Shown piece after piece: positions 54,111 through 64,000 of a stretch of DNA of 64,000 nucleotides. The notes under the pieces were generated by a model. That model saw nothing but the letters and a program-made list of their open reading frames with translations. It was not told where the DNA came from and did no database searches. Source of the stretch: Bacteroidota bacterium (GTDB lineage Bacteria; Bacteroidota; Bacteroidia; Chitinophagales; BACL12); NCBI GenBank assembly GCA_029571985.1, contig JAKQVC010000130.1, positions 53,741 to 117,740 of the forward strand, given 5' to 3'. Both the position numbers and the translations under genes were made by a program. The first letter of the stretch is position 1; each line of letters starts with the position of its first letter.

Positions 54111-54392
54111 ATGTATCCACTTCAAACAATTAAACTTCTGGAAGGAAATTACACATCAGCTGAAGCACATGAGCTGGTTATCGGCATGATTAATTATCAG
54201 ATTAATGCCCTCAACATTCGCAATCTGAGCGCTGAAATTCGATTTGGCAAACCCGATCAGGAGGCCCGCGAACTGGTTGAGGAATTGAAAAAAGAACGCG
54301 CGCGCTTAATTCAGGTTTTTAAACAATCTGAAGCGAACGGTTCAACAATAAAAGTAAAATCAAACATACACATCAAACTCGAACATGCCTGA
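54111..54392 (+). CDS. Hypothetical protein
   Basis: 93 aa, 'IKLLEGNYTSAEAHELV..MINYQIN'; operonic. Confidence 0.65.
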   Translation: MYPLQTIKLLEGNYTSAEAHELVIGMINYQINALNIRNLSAEIRFGKPDQEARELVEELKKERARLIQVFKQSEANGSTIKVKSNIHIKLEHA

Positions 54393-55236
54393 ACAAATAT
54401 CTTTTGCCGGACGCACTATGGTGATTGTCGGCAAGCATAAAAAAGAAAGAGTTATTGCACCCATAATGGAAAAAGTATTGGGTGTTACCTGTATCACTGT
54501 TCCTGAAATAGATACAGATTTACTCGGCACCTTTTCCGGGGAGATTGAACGTACGAATGATGTCATCACTACATTGCGAAAAAAATGTGACCTGGCTGCT
54601 GAAAAATACCCTGGTCATTTAATTGTTGCCAGTGAAGGTTCATTTGGTATGCATCCTGTTGTGCCACTTGCACATGCTGATGATGAAGTGATGTTATGTG
54701 TTGATTACACAAACCAGTTAGAATTTTTTGCACGTAAACTCACCACGGTTACCAATTTTAATGCCCAGGAAATACATTCTGTAAAAAATCTCATGCACTT
54801 TGCTATAAAAGCACAATTTCCGCAGCACGCACTCATCCTGCGCAGAAGTAAGACCGATAATACCCATATCACAAAAGGTATTCAGGATGAAACTACATTG
54901 CGGGAGGTGTATCAACAGTTGCGTGCCAGATTTGGTCAGGCTTATATTGAAACAGATATGCGGGCTTTATTTAATCCCACGAGAATGAAGGTTATAGGTG
55001 AAGTGGCCGAAGAATTGGCAGGAAAAATGAACTCCAGATGCCCCGTTTGCACACACCCCGGATTCTCTGTACAGGACGCAGTTTCGGGCTTACCATGTGG
55101 TTTGTGCGGAACACCAACTCAAACCACACAACATTTGGTGTTGAGATGCACACATTGTGGTCATTCAGCACTGAAAGCGCCTTTGCATGGAAAAAAGGTA
55201 GAAGATCCGCAATTCTGCGATTTCTGTAATCCCTGA
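54385..55236 (+). CDS. DUF6671-like protein with C-terminal Cys clusters
   Basis: 'KHKKE.VIAP', 'DTDLLGTFSGEIER', 'ASEGSFGMHP', 'ETDMRA..NPTRM', three CxxC motifs and terminal 'CDFCNP'. Confidence 0.75.
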   Translation: MPEQISFAGRTMVIVGKHKKERVIAPIMEKVLGVTCITVPEIDTDLLGTFSGEIERTNDVITTLRKKCDLAAEKYPGHLIVASEGSFGMHPVVPLAHADDEVMLCVDYTNQLEFFARKLTTVTNFNAQEIHSVKNLMHFAIKAQFPQHALILRRSKTDNTHITKGIQDETTLREVYQQLRARFGQAYIETDMRALFNPTRMKVIGEVAEELAGKMNSRCPVCTHPGFSVQDAVSGLPCGLCGTPTQTTQHLVLRCTHCGHSALKAPLHGKKVEDPQFCDFCNP

Positions 55237-55329
55237 CCTGTAAGGGTTTGTAGCTGAATTTGGACTTCGGACTCATGTAATTTTTTTTCCGGTGCAGAAC
55301 TTTCTGCTTTCTTTACCAATTTTGCATCT

Positions 55330-56568
55330 ATGATTCATTATCAAAAGCGCAAATTGGCGAATGGTCTTACCGTCATCGTAAATGAAGACCATAGCACACA
55401 GTTATGTGCCGTAAATGTGCTCTATAAGGTTGGAGCCCGCGACGAAGTTTCCGCGAAAACCGGTTTCGCACATCTCTTCGAGCACCTGATGTTTGGCGGC
55501 TCGGTAAATGCACCTGATTTCGATACGGAATTGCAGTTAGCCGGCGGAACAAATAACGCCTATACCAGCAACGACCTTACCAATTATTACGATGTATTGC
55601 CGGTAAATAATATCGAAACCGCTCTTTGGCTGGAAAGCGACCGCATGTTGCAGCTCGATTTTAGCGAACGCTCATTGGAAGTGCAACGCAATGTGGTTTG
55701 TGAAGAGTTTAAAGAGCATTATATCAATCGCCCGTATGGAGATGTTTGGCATAAATTACGCGAATTGGTATACGAAAAACATCCCTACAGATGGCCCACG
55801 ATCGGACTGGAACTGGCGCATGTGCAAGACGCTGTGTTGGATGATGTGAAGCAATTTTTTTACAGGTATTATCGACCGAACAACGCTATTCTCACCATCA
55901 GTGGTGGCATAATTGCCGATAAAGCATTTGAACTGGCTGAAAAATGGTTTGGTGATATCCCCGCAGGTGAAGCTTTTGATCGAAGCTATCCCGAAGAACC
56001 CAAGCAGGTTCATCCCAAATTTTTAGCGGTGCAAAAAGATGTTCCGGTTAATGTGCTATACAAGGCATGGAAAATGCCCGGACGTGTTGAACCCGGTTAT
56101 TATGCTGCAAATATGCTCAGCGATGTATTGGGCACCGGTGAAGGCTCGCGATTACAGCACGCATTAAAAAAGGAAAAGAAATTATTTACAGATATTGCTG
56201 CCTTTGTTACCGGATCTATTAATACCGGTATGTTTATTATTTCAGGCCGATTGGCAGAAGGGGTTTCCTGGACTGACGCTGAAGCCGGTATTGCTGAAGA
56301 ACTGAAAAAGGTGCGCACAGAAGAAATTTCTGAAACTGAATTACAACGTATTAAAAATACAGTAGAGATGGACATCACCAGCAATAATACCGGTGTCCTC
56401 AATAAAGCAGAGTCGCTCGCTGCTGCCGAAATGTTGGAGAGCGCTGATTTAGTGAACACCGAAATGGATCGCTTTCTGGCTGTTACTACTCAGGATATTT
56501 TACTTACCGCACAACAATTACTTGACGAAAACAGCTGTAGCACAATGCACTACGGCAATGTGCAATAA
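55330..56568 (+). CDS. M16 family zinc peptidase (catalytic subunit)
   Basis: Inverted zinc motif 'AHLFEHLMF', 'NAYTSND.TNY', 'VVCEE'. Confidence 0.92.
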   Translation: MIHYQKRKLANGLTVIVNEDHSTQLCAVNVLYKVGARDEVSAKTGFAHLFEHLMFGGSVNAPDFDTELQLAGGTNNAYTSNDLTNYYDVLPVNNIETALWLESDRMLQLDFSERSLEVQRNVVCEEFKEHYINRPYGDVWHKLRELVYEKHPYRWPTIGLELAHVQDAVLDDVKQFFYRYYRPNNAILTISGGIIADKAFELAEKWFGDIPAGEAFDRSYPEEPKQVHPKFLAVQKDVPVNVLYKAWKMPGRVEPGYYAANMLSDVLGTGEGSRLQHALKKEKKLFTDIAAFVTGSINTGMFIISGRLAEGVSWTDAEAGIAEELKKVRTEEISETELQRIKNTVEMDITSNNTGVLNKAESLAAAEMLESADLVNTEMDRFLAVTTQDILLTAQQLLDENSCSTMHYGNVQ

Positions 56569-56577
56569 TATAACAGC

Positions 56578-57852
56578 ATGAACAGAACAGAAGCACCAGG
56601 TTTACAACAGATAGACAGACTTGATATTCGCAATTTTTCAGAACGCACCTTACAAAATGGTGCGAAGCTGGTTGTTGTGGGAGGCGTTGAACAGGAATTA
56701 ATTCGTGTTGAGTTACTCTTTCACGGCGGTAGATGGTACGAACCCAGCCAGGGCGTGAGCAGGACAGTTTGCAACCTGATGCGCAAAGGCACATCTACAA
56801 AAACTGCCAGACAAATTGCAGATAGTATCGATTATTACGGCGCACAATTAGAAATACATGCCGGTCAGGATTTTACCTCTATGACAATTTTTTGTCTGCG
56901 TAAATACCTCCCCGAAATTTTACCTATTGCTGAAGAAATTTTATTGGATGCGGCATTTTCTGATGATGAGCTCAGTTTGTTTGTAGCCCGGCAAAAACAG
57001 AAACTGCGTATCAATGCGCAGAATACAGATTTTCATGCAAACCGGAAATTTAATGCCGTGCTGTTTGGCGAAACGCATCCTTATGGATATGCAATGACCG
57101 AAGAAACCCTCAACAACCTGCAGCGGGAAACATTGCTCAATTATCATCGCACACACTATCAACCGGGTAGTGCCATGATTTTTGTAAGTGGAAATGTATT
57201 GGAACAGGATATTCAATTAATTGATGCCTGCTTTGGGAAATATGCCAGTGAGGGTAAACATGTTTCTGCAACAGATAAATCAATCCATACAGCTGCAGAA
57301 CACAAATTCTTTATTCCGAAAGACGATTCTGTGCAATCTTCAGTGCGCATCGGTACTTTAAGTATTGGTAAAACGCATCCGGATTTTCCGGATCTGAATG
57401 TGCTGAATACTTTGTTTGGCGGATATTTTGGTTCCAGGTTGATGACCAATATTCGGGAAGATAAAGGATATACCTATGGTATATATTCTTCCATTTCACA
57501 TTATCGCCATGCCAGCTATTTTTCTATTGATACGGAAGTAGGCAATGAAGTTTGTGCTTCTGCTTTGGAAGAGATTTACAAAGAAATGGATTTACTGAAG
57601 AAGGTGGCCGTAGAACAAGATGAATTATCCATTGTGCGTAATTATATGCTGGGTGGTTTGTTGCGTGCTACAGATGGTCCGTTTAACCGGATTAATGTAA
57701 TTAAAAACACTCTCCTCAGTGGATTAACGCTCGACTACTTTGACAGTCTCGAAAAAGCAATCAGAAATATAAACAGTGAGCGTATTATGGAGCTTGCTCA
57801 ACAATACTTCGACTACGAAACCATGAAAGAAGTGGTTTGTGGTAAACGGTAA
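56578..57852 (+). CDS. M16 family peptidase (non-catalytic partner subunit)
   Basis: No HxxEH; 'LFGGYFGSRLMTNIREDKGYTYG'. Confidence 0.88.
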   Translation: MNRTEAPGLQQIDRLDIRNFSERTLQNGAKLVVVGGVEQELIRVELLFHGGRWYEPSQGVSRTVCNLMRKGTSTKTARQIADSIDYYGAQLEIHAGQDFTSMTIFCLRKYLPEILPIAEEILLDAAFSDDELSLFVARQKQKLRINAQNTDFHANRKFNAVLFGETHPYGYAMTEETLNNLQRETLLNYHRTHYQPGSAMIFVSGNVLEQDIQLIDACFGKYASEGKHVSATDKSIHTAAEHKFFIPKDDSVQSSVRIGTLSIGKTHPDFPDLNVLNTLFGGYFGSRLMTNIREDKGYTYGIYSSISHYRHASYFSIDTEVGNEVCASALEEIYKEMDLLKKVAVEQDELSIVRNYMLGGLLRATDGPFNRINVIKNTLLSGLTLDYFDSLEKAIRNINSERIMELAQQYFDYETMKEVVCGKR

Positions 57853-57897
57853 TTCACTGTTTTAAGATGGCACGCAATGTTGTGCAGTTTATCTGAT

Positions 57898-60800
57898 TTA
57901 CAATTTTACGAAATTCAGAATAGTTTCAACGCTGTCTGCATAGCTGATTTTTACAAAATACAAACCGGCGTTCAGCGTTGCTATCGAAACCTGAGTAGTT
58001 AGTCCTTCGCTATCAATGATGCCCTTGTGTAATAAGTCTCCATTCACAGCATAAATTTCATATAAGGTTCCTATGCTTAAAGATGCCGGTGAATGGGCAA
58101 TAGTAATCACATTTTCTGCCGGTGACGGGTATATGGAAAAGGTGATAACAGAATCGATCGCCGGCGGTTCTACTTCTTTAAATACAGCAGTAAATGAAAC
58201 GAGTTCTTCATCTATGTTTGCAGTAAAGGATGCCTGCAGTGTGTCGGCAATATAACTTACCGGCACCCAGTTTACAAAGGTATATCCGGTGTCGGCTATT
58301 GCGGTAAGCGAAATGGGCACACCGTCAAAATAAATTCCTGTCCATGGGTATACCTGAGGTGTAATAGTGTTTACCTGAATAAAACCGGCCTGCTCCGGAA
58401 ATACAGAAAGTTCTATAGAAACCTCTTTATTTAATTCAAATGCTGAAATTAAATCTTCCCGAACCTTATCATTTCTGCAGGTAAGTTGTTGCCTGAATAC
58501 TTCATGCCGGTCGATAAAATCCACAACCTGTCCATCAATATTAAAAGGATCGCCCCATCGCGCATATTCGTTTGGCATTTCGGGAAGCATTTTATTGAAA
58601 AAGCGTTCTTCAGTGACTAATAAACTATCAGTCAGATAACTGGTATTCAGCAAATCGGCATAGCGGTTAATAAAGTAATTTTTATAAGCAGGGTTTTCAA
58701 TACTTTGCAACCAGATATTGATATACGGATTATCCGTGCCCTGGGAAAGCATGTAATCAATGTGATCGTAATTACAATTCGTCCACCCATTTGGGTTAAG
58801 CGCTAATTCTAAATCAATCAGGGCGAACCGCCAGCGATAGTTGGTTTTATCAGAGCGATAAATTTTAATATTATTATAAGGCCAGTCTGTATTGCCCATC
58901 CACGATTCGCCGATGATATAATCCGCATAATGATTCATGTCAAAATACACATCTGCCTGAGCAATATAATCAGTATCTGATGGGTTTAAGGCATTGAAAG
59001 CATTATATGAATTATAAAAGTTGTCTACATCACCTTCAAGTGCACGCAGGATTAAATTATAAAAATAGCTCAACGATAAAATTTCAGCATTGTCATCATC
59101 TATGTTTTCACGTTCATCGAAATATTCCAAATTAAATTTTTCACGCAATTCATACAATCCAAAATAGGAGCCGTTGATGTAAACAGATACGGGTTCCATT
59201 GCGGAATAATAATTGTTCGTGCCGGCGCTCATCATGCTTACCTGGCAAGCATCTTTTTGAGGAAACGTCAGCCATTGATTGCTGCCGTTACGCAAATAAA
59301 TATCACTGTATTTTGTGCGCCACGGTATTTCAGGTATGAGCGGCGCTTCTATGGTTTTTTCTCCAAGTGCGGCATGGTCAAATGTTAAGCGAAAGGAGTG
59401 TTGTGGATTAGAGCGACTTCCACCTGCACCACCATCCATACGCATCGCAGTGCGTGTTTCAAAAAGAAGTGGATGTCCGTCTTCGCTGGTCAGGAATGTT
59501 AAATGAGCTGCTTTTATCCAGTCGGAATTATAATTGTCGAAAATACCCTCAGCACCATATAAGTTATTTTCATCTGTTGTAACAAGGAGGATGGGCGTAG
59601 TGTGATCAACGTCAAATAAATAGGTGGCAACAGCATCATAACTGGGCAAATAATCTGATCCCGGTGGAGGTAATACTTTTGCTCTGATTACAGTTGATGC
59701 ATTAACAGAGATAGGAGCACCGGTATATACAGTTGAAAATATTGTTGGCGTACTTCCATCAGTTGTATACACCAAAGTGCTTCCGGCTACATCTGTATTT
59801 GGATTTGAAATACTCACTGTAAAAGCCTCACTTACTATACCGGTCGGAACTGAAATAATGGGTGTGATGAGGGTGTCAGCAAATACAGTTGTTGTGTTGT
59901 TGGTTGCATTCGGCGATGGTTCCATCCACACAATCGCAGCATCACCATCCGGATATCGGCCTGTCGTAACATCCGCAACCGGTGATGCAACGGATAATTC
60001 ACTGACTATTTCTCCTGCATTATTAAACAAGTAAATGATCTCTCCCTCGCCCGCAATTTTGAAACTGGTGTGGTTGCTAAATCCGTCGAGTGGTGTCATC
60101 ACGGAAGTCAATGCATCTGCATCTGTACCCAACAAAGCCAAATCGATATAGGAATAATAATCAATATTGGTTGATGCAACCTGAAAAGCGATAGAAGAAA
60201 TTTCTCCGGGCGTTAGACCTGCAGCGAGCATCTCTTCTGCGCGAATGAGTATTTGATGTCGGGAACTCCAGTACCAGTTTCCATATGGTGCAGGATAATC
60301 GTATGGCGAATTTTCTATCACACCGGTGCCAATCGTAAAACCATTTATCTGCATATTTGGCCGTTGATAGTAACTATTGCCTATCACATTACTGCAGGAA
60401 GCATCACTGCCATCGTTAAAAGTGGCTGTTGTAGAAATATACGCGGTTGCCGTTTGCAGAAATACTGAATTTTCTGTGTAGCCGGTATTATTATAGGCAC
60501 AGATATTCAGGATAATATTTTGAACACCATCCCAAACAAAAGGTATATCTAAAGCATGCGTGTTCCAGCCTGTTGTTGGTACATAATCAGTAATATAGCC
60601 GGCAGGTTCAAAAGGCGGTGAACTATAGCGGTTTTTTTCACTGCAATAAATCTGCATATATCCTCCAGCTTCAATCTCCTGGTCGGGCAGTGCCCACATG
60701 GTTGGTTCTGATACCTTGTCACTCAGGTAATAACCCGAAAGATTGATATCTGTTGCACCCGCGTTATAAAGCTCTATCCAGTCTTCAGCTTCTCCATCTT

Positions 60801-60915
60801 CATCTATCCCCGTCAGGTAACTTTTATTTGTTCCCTCATTCAAAAACAATTGCGCCTGCAGAGGTCTAAACATAAAAAAGGCAAGTGCATACACCAGTGT
60901 AATCTTTAATCGCAT
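57898..60915 (-). CDS. CotH-kinase family protein with lamin-tail domain, FN3-associated repeat and T9SS CTD
   Basis: 'EDWIELYN...LSGYYLSD' (LTD), 'YTTDGSTPT', 'VYINGSYFGLYELRE', 'NTDWPYNN', 'WRFALIDL', CTD 'IYPSPA...FVKL'. Confidence 0.85.
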   Translation of the reverse strand: MRLKITLVYALAFFMFRPLQAQLFLNEGTNKSYLTGIDEDGEAEDWIELYNAGATDINLSGYYLSDKVSEPTMWALPDQEIEAGGYMQIYCSEKNRYSSPPFEPAGYITDYVPTTGWNTHALDIPFVWDGVQNIILNICAYNNTGYTENSVFLQTATAYISTTATFNDGSDASCSNVIGNSYYQRPNMQINGFTIGTGVIENSPYDYPAPYGNWYWSSRHQILIRAEEMLAAGLTPGEISSIAFQVASTNIDYYSYIDLALLGTDADALTSVMTPLDGFSNHTSFKIAGEGEIIYLFNNAGEIVSELSVASPVADVTTGRYPDGDAAIVWMEPSPNATNNTTTVFADTLITPIISVPTGIVSEAFTVSISNPNTDVAGSTLVYTTDGSTPTIFSTVYTGAPISVNASTVIRAKVLPPPGSDYLPSYDAVATYLFDVDHTTPILLVTTDENNLYGAEGIFDNYNSDWIKAAHLTFLTSEDGHPLLFETRTAMRMDGGAGGSRSNPQHSFRLTFDHAALGEKTIEAPLIPEIPWRTKYSDIYLRNGSNQWLTFPQKDACQVSMMSAGTNNYYSAMEPVSVYINGSYFGLYELREKFNLEYFDERENIDDDNAEILSLSYFYNLILRALEGDVDNFYNSYNAFNALNPSDTDYIAQADVYFDMNHYADYIIGESWMGNTDWPYNNIKIYRSDKTNYRWRFALIDLELALNPNGWTNCNYDHIDYMLSQGTDNPYINIWLQSIENPAYKNYFINRYADLLNTSYLTDSLLVTEERFFNKMLPEMPNEYARWGDPFNIDGQVVDFIDRHEVFRQQLTCRNDKVREDLISAFELNKEVSIELSVFPEQAGFIQVNTITPQVYPWTGIYFDGVPISLTAIADTGYTFVNWVPVSYIADTLQASFTANIDEELVSFTAVFKEVEPPAIDSVITFSIYPSPAENVITIAHSPASLSIGTLYEIYAVNGDLLHKGIIDSEGLTTQVSIATLNAGLYFVKISYADSVETILNFVKL

Positions 60916-61171
60916 ATGGAGCTTGTATAAATGAATAGTAATAGTTTGAAGGAGATGTATTATAAAAGTTTTCCGAAGTGGCGGGTTGACGTTGGAGAGG
61001 TTCTGCCACCAAAAGTAGGTATTTTATACGGAGCTTGTTATCGGTATAGCTGCCGGGATTGTCATAATACCGTTATTATTTATCCGGTTTATCAGGCATA
61101 CTGGTAAAAACTTTGTTTCATGTATGCTTAAACAGCATCTATCTGTTTGCATAAGATATTACCTTTGTATC

Positions 61172-62440
61172 ATGCCAGAAACGTATAGCACCGACAAGTC
61201 TTTTGCACTTCAACTGGATGCAACCGATCCATTAAAGCATTTTCGTGAACGCTTTCATATTCCCACACAAAATAATCAGGAGTTGATTTATTTCTGCGGC
61301 AACTCTCTCGGCCTGCAACCTAAGTCAACCAGAGCTTATATTGAACAAGAATTAACTGATTGGCAACATCTCGGCGTTGAAGGCCATTTACACGGTAAGA
61401 ATCCCTGGTTTTATTATCATCATTTTTTAACTGAAAGCGCGGCCCGTTTAGTAGGTGCGTTGCCCAAAGAGGTGGTGGTGATGAATGCACTCACGGTGAA
61501 CCTGAATTTATTGATGATTAGTTTTTATCGCCCGACACCAAAGCGATATAAAGTGATTATGGAATACATGGCTTTTCCTTCAGATCAATATGCAGTTGAA
61601 AATCAGGTAAAGTTTCATGGATACGACCCGTTTGATGCTATCATAGAACTTACACCTCGCGAAGGCGAAGCAACTCTGCGCACAGAAGATATTCAGGCTG
61701 TCATCGCACAGCACCAAAATGAAGTAGCACTTATTATGCTGGGTGGTGTAAATTATTATACCGGTCAGCTATTTGATATGGAGGCTATTACCCGTTTTGC
61801 AAAACAATGTAGTAATGATATTGTGGTGGGTTTTGATTTAGCGCATGCCGCCGGAAATGTAACGATGCAATTACATGATTGGGATGTTGATTTTGCCTGT
61901 TGGTGTAGTTATAAATATTTAAATAGTGGACCAGGTGGAACAAGTGGTGTGTTTATACATGAAAAGCATGCGCAAAACCAGTCACTGCCCCGTTTAAGTG
62001 GATGGTGGGGTAACGATGAGAAGACAAGGTTTAAAATGCAAAAAGGGTTTATTCCGCAGGAAGGAGCAGCAGGCTGGCAAATGAGTAACGCTCAAATTTT
62101 ACCGATGGCTGCTCACCGTGCATCATTGGCCATTTTTGATGAAGCCGGAATGGAAGCACTTGTGCATAAAAGTAAATTGCTGACCGGCTATCTGGAATTC
62201 CTGCTCTTAAATGGGAAAAGAAAAGATTTCAGCATCATCACACCTGCTGATCCTGCTCAAAGAGGTTGTCAGCTTTCAATCGTCATGCAACAAAATGGCA
62301 AAGCTGTTTTTGATACACTTACACAACAAGGTATCATAGCCGATTGGAGAGAACCTGACGTTATTCGCGTAGCACCGGTGCCACTTTATAATACGTTTGA
62401 AGAAGTATGGCACTTTGCAGACAGATTTCACTCTGCCTGA
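61172..62440 (+). CDS. kynU: Kynureninase
   Basis: 'YFCGNSLGLQP', 'AFPSDQYA', 'DLAHAAGN', 'WCSYKYLNSGPG', 'APVPLYN'. Confidence 0.95.
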   Translation: MPETYSTDKSFALQLDATDPLKHFRERFHIPTQNNQELIYFCGNSLGLQPKSTRAYIEQELTDWQHLGVEGHLHGKNPWFYYHHFLTESAARLVGALPKEVVVMNALTVNLNLLMISFYRPTPKRYKVIMEYMAFPSDQYAVENQVKFHGYDPFDAIIELTPREGEATLRTEDIQAVIAQHQNEVALIMLGGVNYYTGQLFDMEAITRFAKQCSNDIVVGFDLAHAAGNVTMQLHDWDVDFACWCSYKYLNSGPGGTSGVFIHEKHAQNQSLPRLSGWWGNDEKTRFKMQKGFIPQEGAAGWQMSNAQILPMAAHRASLAIFDEAGMEALVHKSKLLTGYLEFLLLNGKRKDFSIITPADPAQRGCQLSIVMQQNGKAVFDTLTQQGIIADWREPDVIRVAPVPLYNTFEEVWHFADRFHSA

Positions 62441-62484
62441 ATAATGGTGTGGCCTGCAATAAAATCACAGGCCACACGCATCGC

Positions 62485-63051
62485 TTAATGTGCTGCCGGA
62501 GCAAAAGCCGGAACCAGATTGTCTACAGCCGGAATCGTTTGCAAATAAGCAAACATGGCTTTTAAATCTTCATCTGTCATCTTGCTTATTTCCTGCCAAG
62601 GCATTGGTGGCATAATCGGGCGGGTATTGTCCAGACCCATATGCTTGCCTTCTCTGATAGCTTTCATAAATCGCTCTTCAGTCCAGCCTTTCATACCGCT
62701 TTCACTAGGTGTTAGGTTGGCGGCATAGGTTACACCCCAAGGGCCAACTGCTGCAGTAAGTCCGGGTGCAAGTAATACCCATGGACCAACAGTCGCTGGA
62801 TCGTAAGGTGCAATGGGTTCATTAACCGGGTGACCTGAAAGCAGGCGAGTCATGTCGGGAACCGGTCCATGATCTGTCATTGTTTTCGGTGTGTGGCAAT
62901 CGTTACATCCTGAAGTAGCTACAATGTAAGCACCACGGGTAACAGCGTCAACAGTCTGCGTTTCCGGCTCGGGACAATCAGCTGCTTTTTGGCATGAGCC
63001 CAGCGCTAAAAGGCCGGCACATACCCATGTTAGGGTTATTCTGGTATGCAT
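62485..63051 (-). CDS. c-type cytochrome lipoprotein (cytochrome c-553-like, one CxxCH)
   Basis: Lipobox 'LGSC', 'GCNDCHTPK', 'GPWG..YAANLTP', 'MPPMPW'. Confidence 0.82.
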   Translation of the reverse strand: MHTRITLTWVCAGLLALGSCQKAADCPEPETQTVDAVTRGAYIVATSGCNDCHTPKTMTDHGPVPDMTRLLSGHPVNEPIAPYDPATVGPWVLLAPGLTAAVGPWGVTYAANLTPSESGMKGWTEERFMKAIREGKHMGLDNTRPIMPPMPWQEISKMTDEDLKAMFAYLQTIPAVDNLVPAFAPAAH

Positions 63052-63220
63052 GAAATTGGGTTTTGTGGCTGCAATATACAAGAACTACTATAAATGAGTC
63101 GTGTTAATCACAATTGCAGTATTAAAAATCATAAGGACTATCCGATAGATACCTTTTGACGAAAATCACCTTCGTCTCAAACCATTTCACTTTACCTTTG
63201 TCTGCTAAGTTGAACATTGT

Positions 63221-64000
63221 ATGCAGGTGAAAAACATTGCCATTATGGGAGCCGGACTGGTTGGGTCTTTGCTCAGCATGTATTTGAAAAAGCACGGTTA
63301 TCAGGTTACCGTATATGAACGCAGGCCTGATTTCAGGAAAACAGGTAATTATGGTGGCAGATCTATCAATTTAGCCATTAGTGAAAGAGGCTGGAAAGGC
63401 CTTCAGGGTGTAGGTCTGGAGCAGGCGGTTCGCGATATTGCCATTCCAATGCCCGGCCGTATGGTGCATGATGTTCAGGGAAACCTGATGTTTCAACCTT
63501 ATGGTAAACCCGGTGAGGCAATCAACTCAGTATCACGGGGTGGTTTGAATATTTTAATGATTGACGCTGCCGAAGAGGCGGGGGTTACCTATAAATTTAA
63601 TCAGCGCATCAATGAAATTAATCCGGCCGGAACTGCTGCCTCCATGGAAGATATGGAAACCGGCACCACCTATACCCTGGAACCGGATTTGATTATTGGG
63701 GCTGATGGTGCATACAGTTTAGTACGCTATGCGATGCTTAAAACAGACAGGTTTGACTATAGTCAGGCCTATGAAAACCACGGCTATAAGGAATTGACGA
63801 TACCTGCAGGGCCAAATGGCACTTTCCTGATCGATCGCGATGCACTGCATATCTGGCCCAGAAAGCAATTCATGTTAATTGCCCTGCCAAATATCGATGG
63901 AAGTTTCACCTGCACGCTGTTTTTTGCCCTTGAAGGCCGCGAATCGTTTGAAGCCATTAAAACACATGCCGACCTGGATGCGTTTTTTGATACCTATTTC
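63221..64000 (+). CDS. kmo: Kynurenine 3-monooxygenase (partial, runs off window)
   Basis: Manual translation MQVKNIAIMGAGLVGSLL...YERRPD...GGRSINLAISERG...IIGADGAYS...GYKELTIP...ALHIWPR...MLIALPN.DGSFTCTLF. Missing from the ORF track because it has no stop in the window. Confidence 0.9.
   Translation, partial: MQVKNIAIMGAGLVGSLLSMYLKKHGYQVTVYERRPDFRKTGNYGGRSINLAISERGWKGLQGVGLEQAVRDIAIPMPGRMVHDVQGNLMFQPYGKPGEAINSVSRGGLNILMIDAAEEAGVTYKFNQRINEINPAGTAASMEDMETGTTYTLEPDLIIGADGAYSLVRYAMLKTDRFDYSQAYENHGYKELTIPAGPNGTFLIDRDALHIWPRKQFMLIALPNIDGSFTCTLFFALEGRESFEAIKTHADLDAFFDTYF

Overview
64-kb chromosomal window from a Bacteroidota bacterium, inferred from T9SS C-terminal sorting domains, TAnnTTTG -7 promoter elements and SD-less A-rich starts; probably Chitinophagales/Saprospirales-like. 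It carries housekeeping genes (lpxD, gcvT, comB, pcrB-like GGGPS, rsgA, dtd, class II ribonucleotide reductase, katG, guaB, icd, an M16 peptidase pair, kynU, partial kmo, tRNA-Ile2), a starch/maltodextrin locus without SusC/D (three GH13, CBM-esterase, GapN-like, malQ), several T9SS cargo proteins and large nested intergenic repeat clusters. Most notable unannotated signals: (1) a 24-codon leader ORF with overlapping antiterminator/terminator upstream of rtcB, a candidate translation-stress attenuator for an RNA-repair ligase; (2) a GxxExxY nuclease-fold gene tightly boxed by 29-bp inverted repeats inside the starch locus, with solo copies of the same repeat elsewhere, a candidate minimal mobile element; (3) a 2.73-kb integrase-less islet bounded by a 137-bp duplication of the yceI 3' end whose four differences are all synonymous. 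All structures and alignments were read by eye; no database searches were run.
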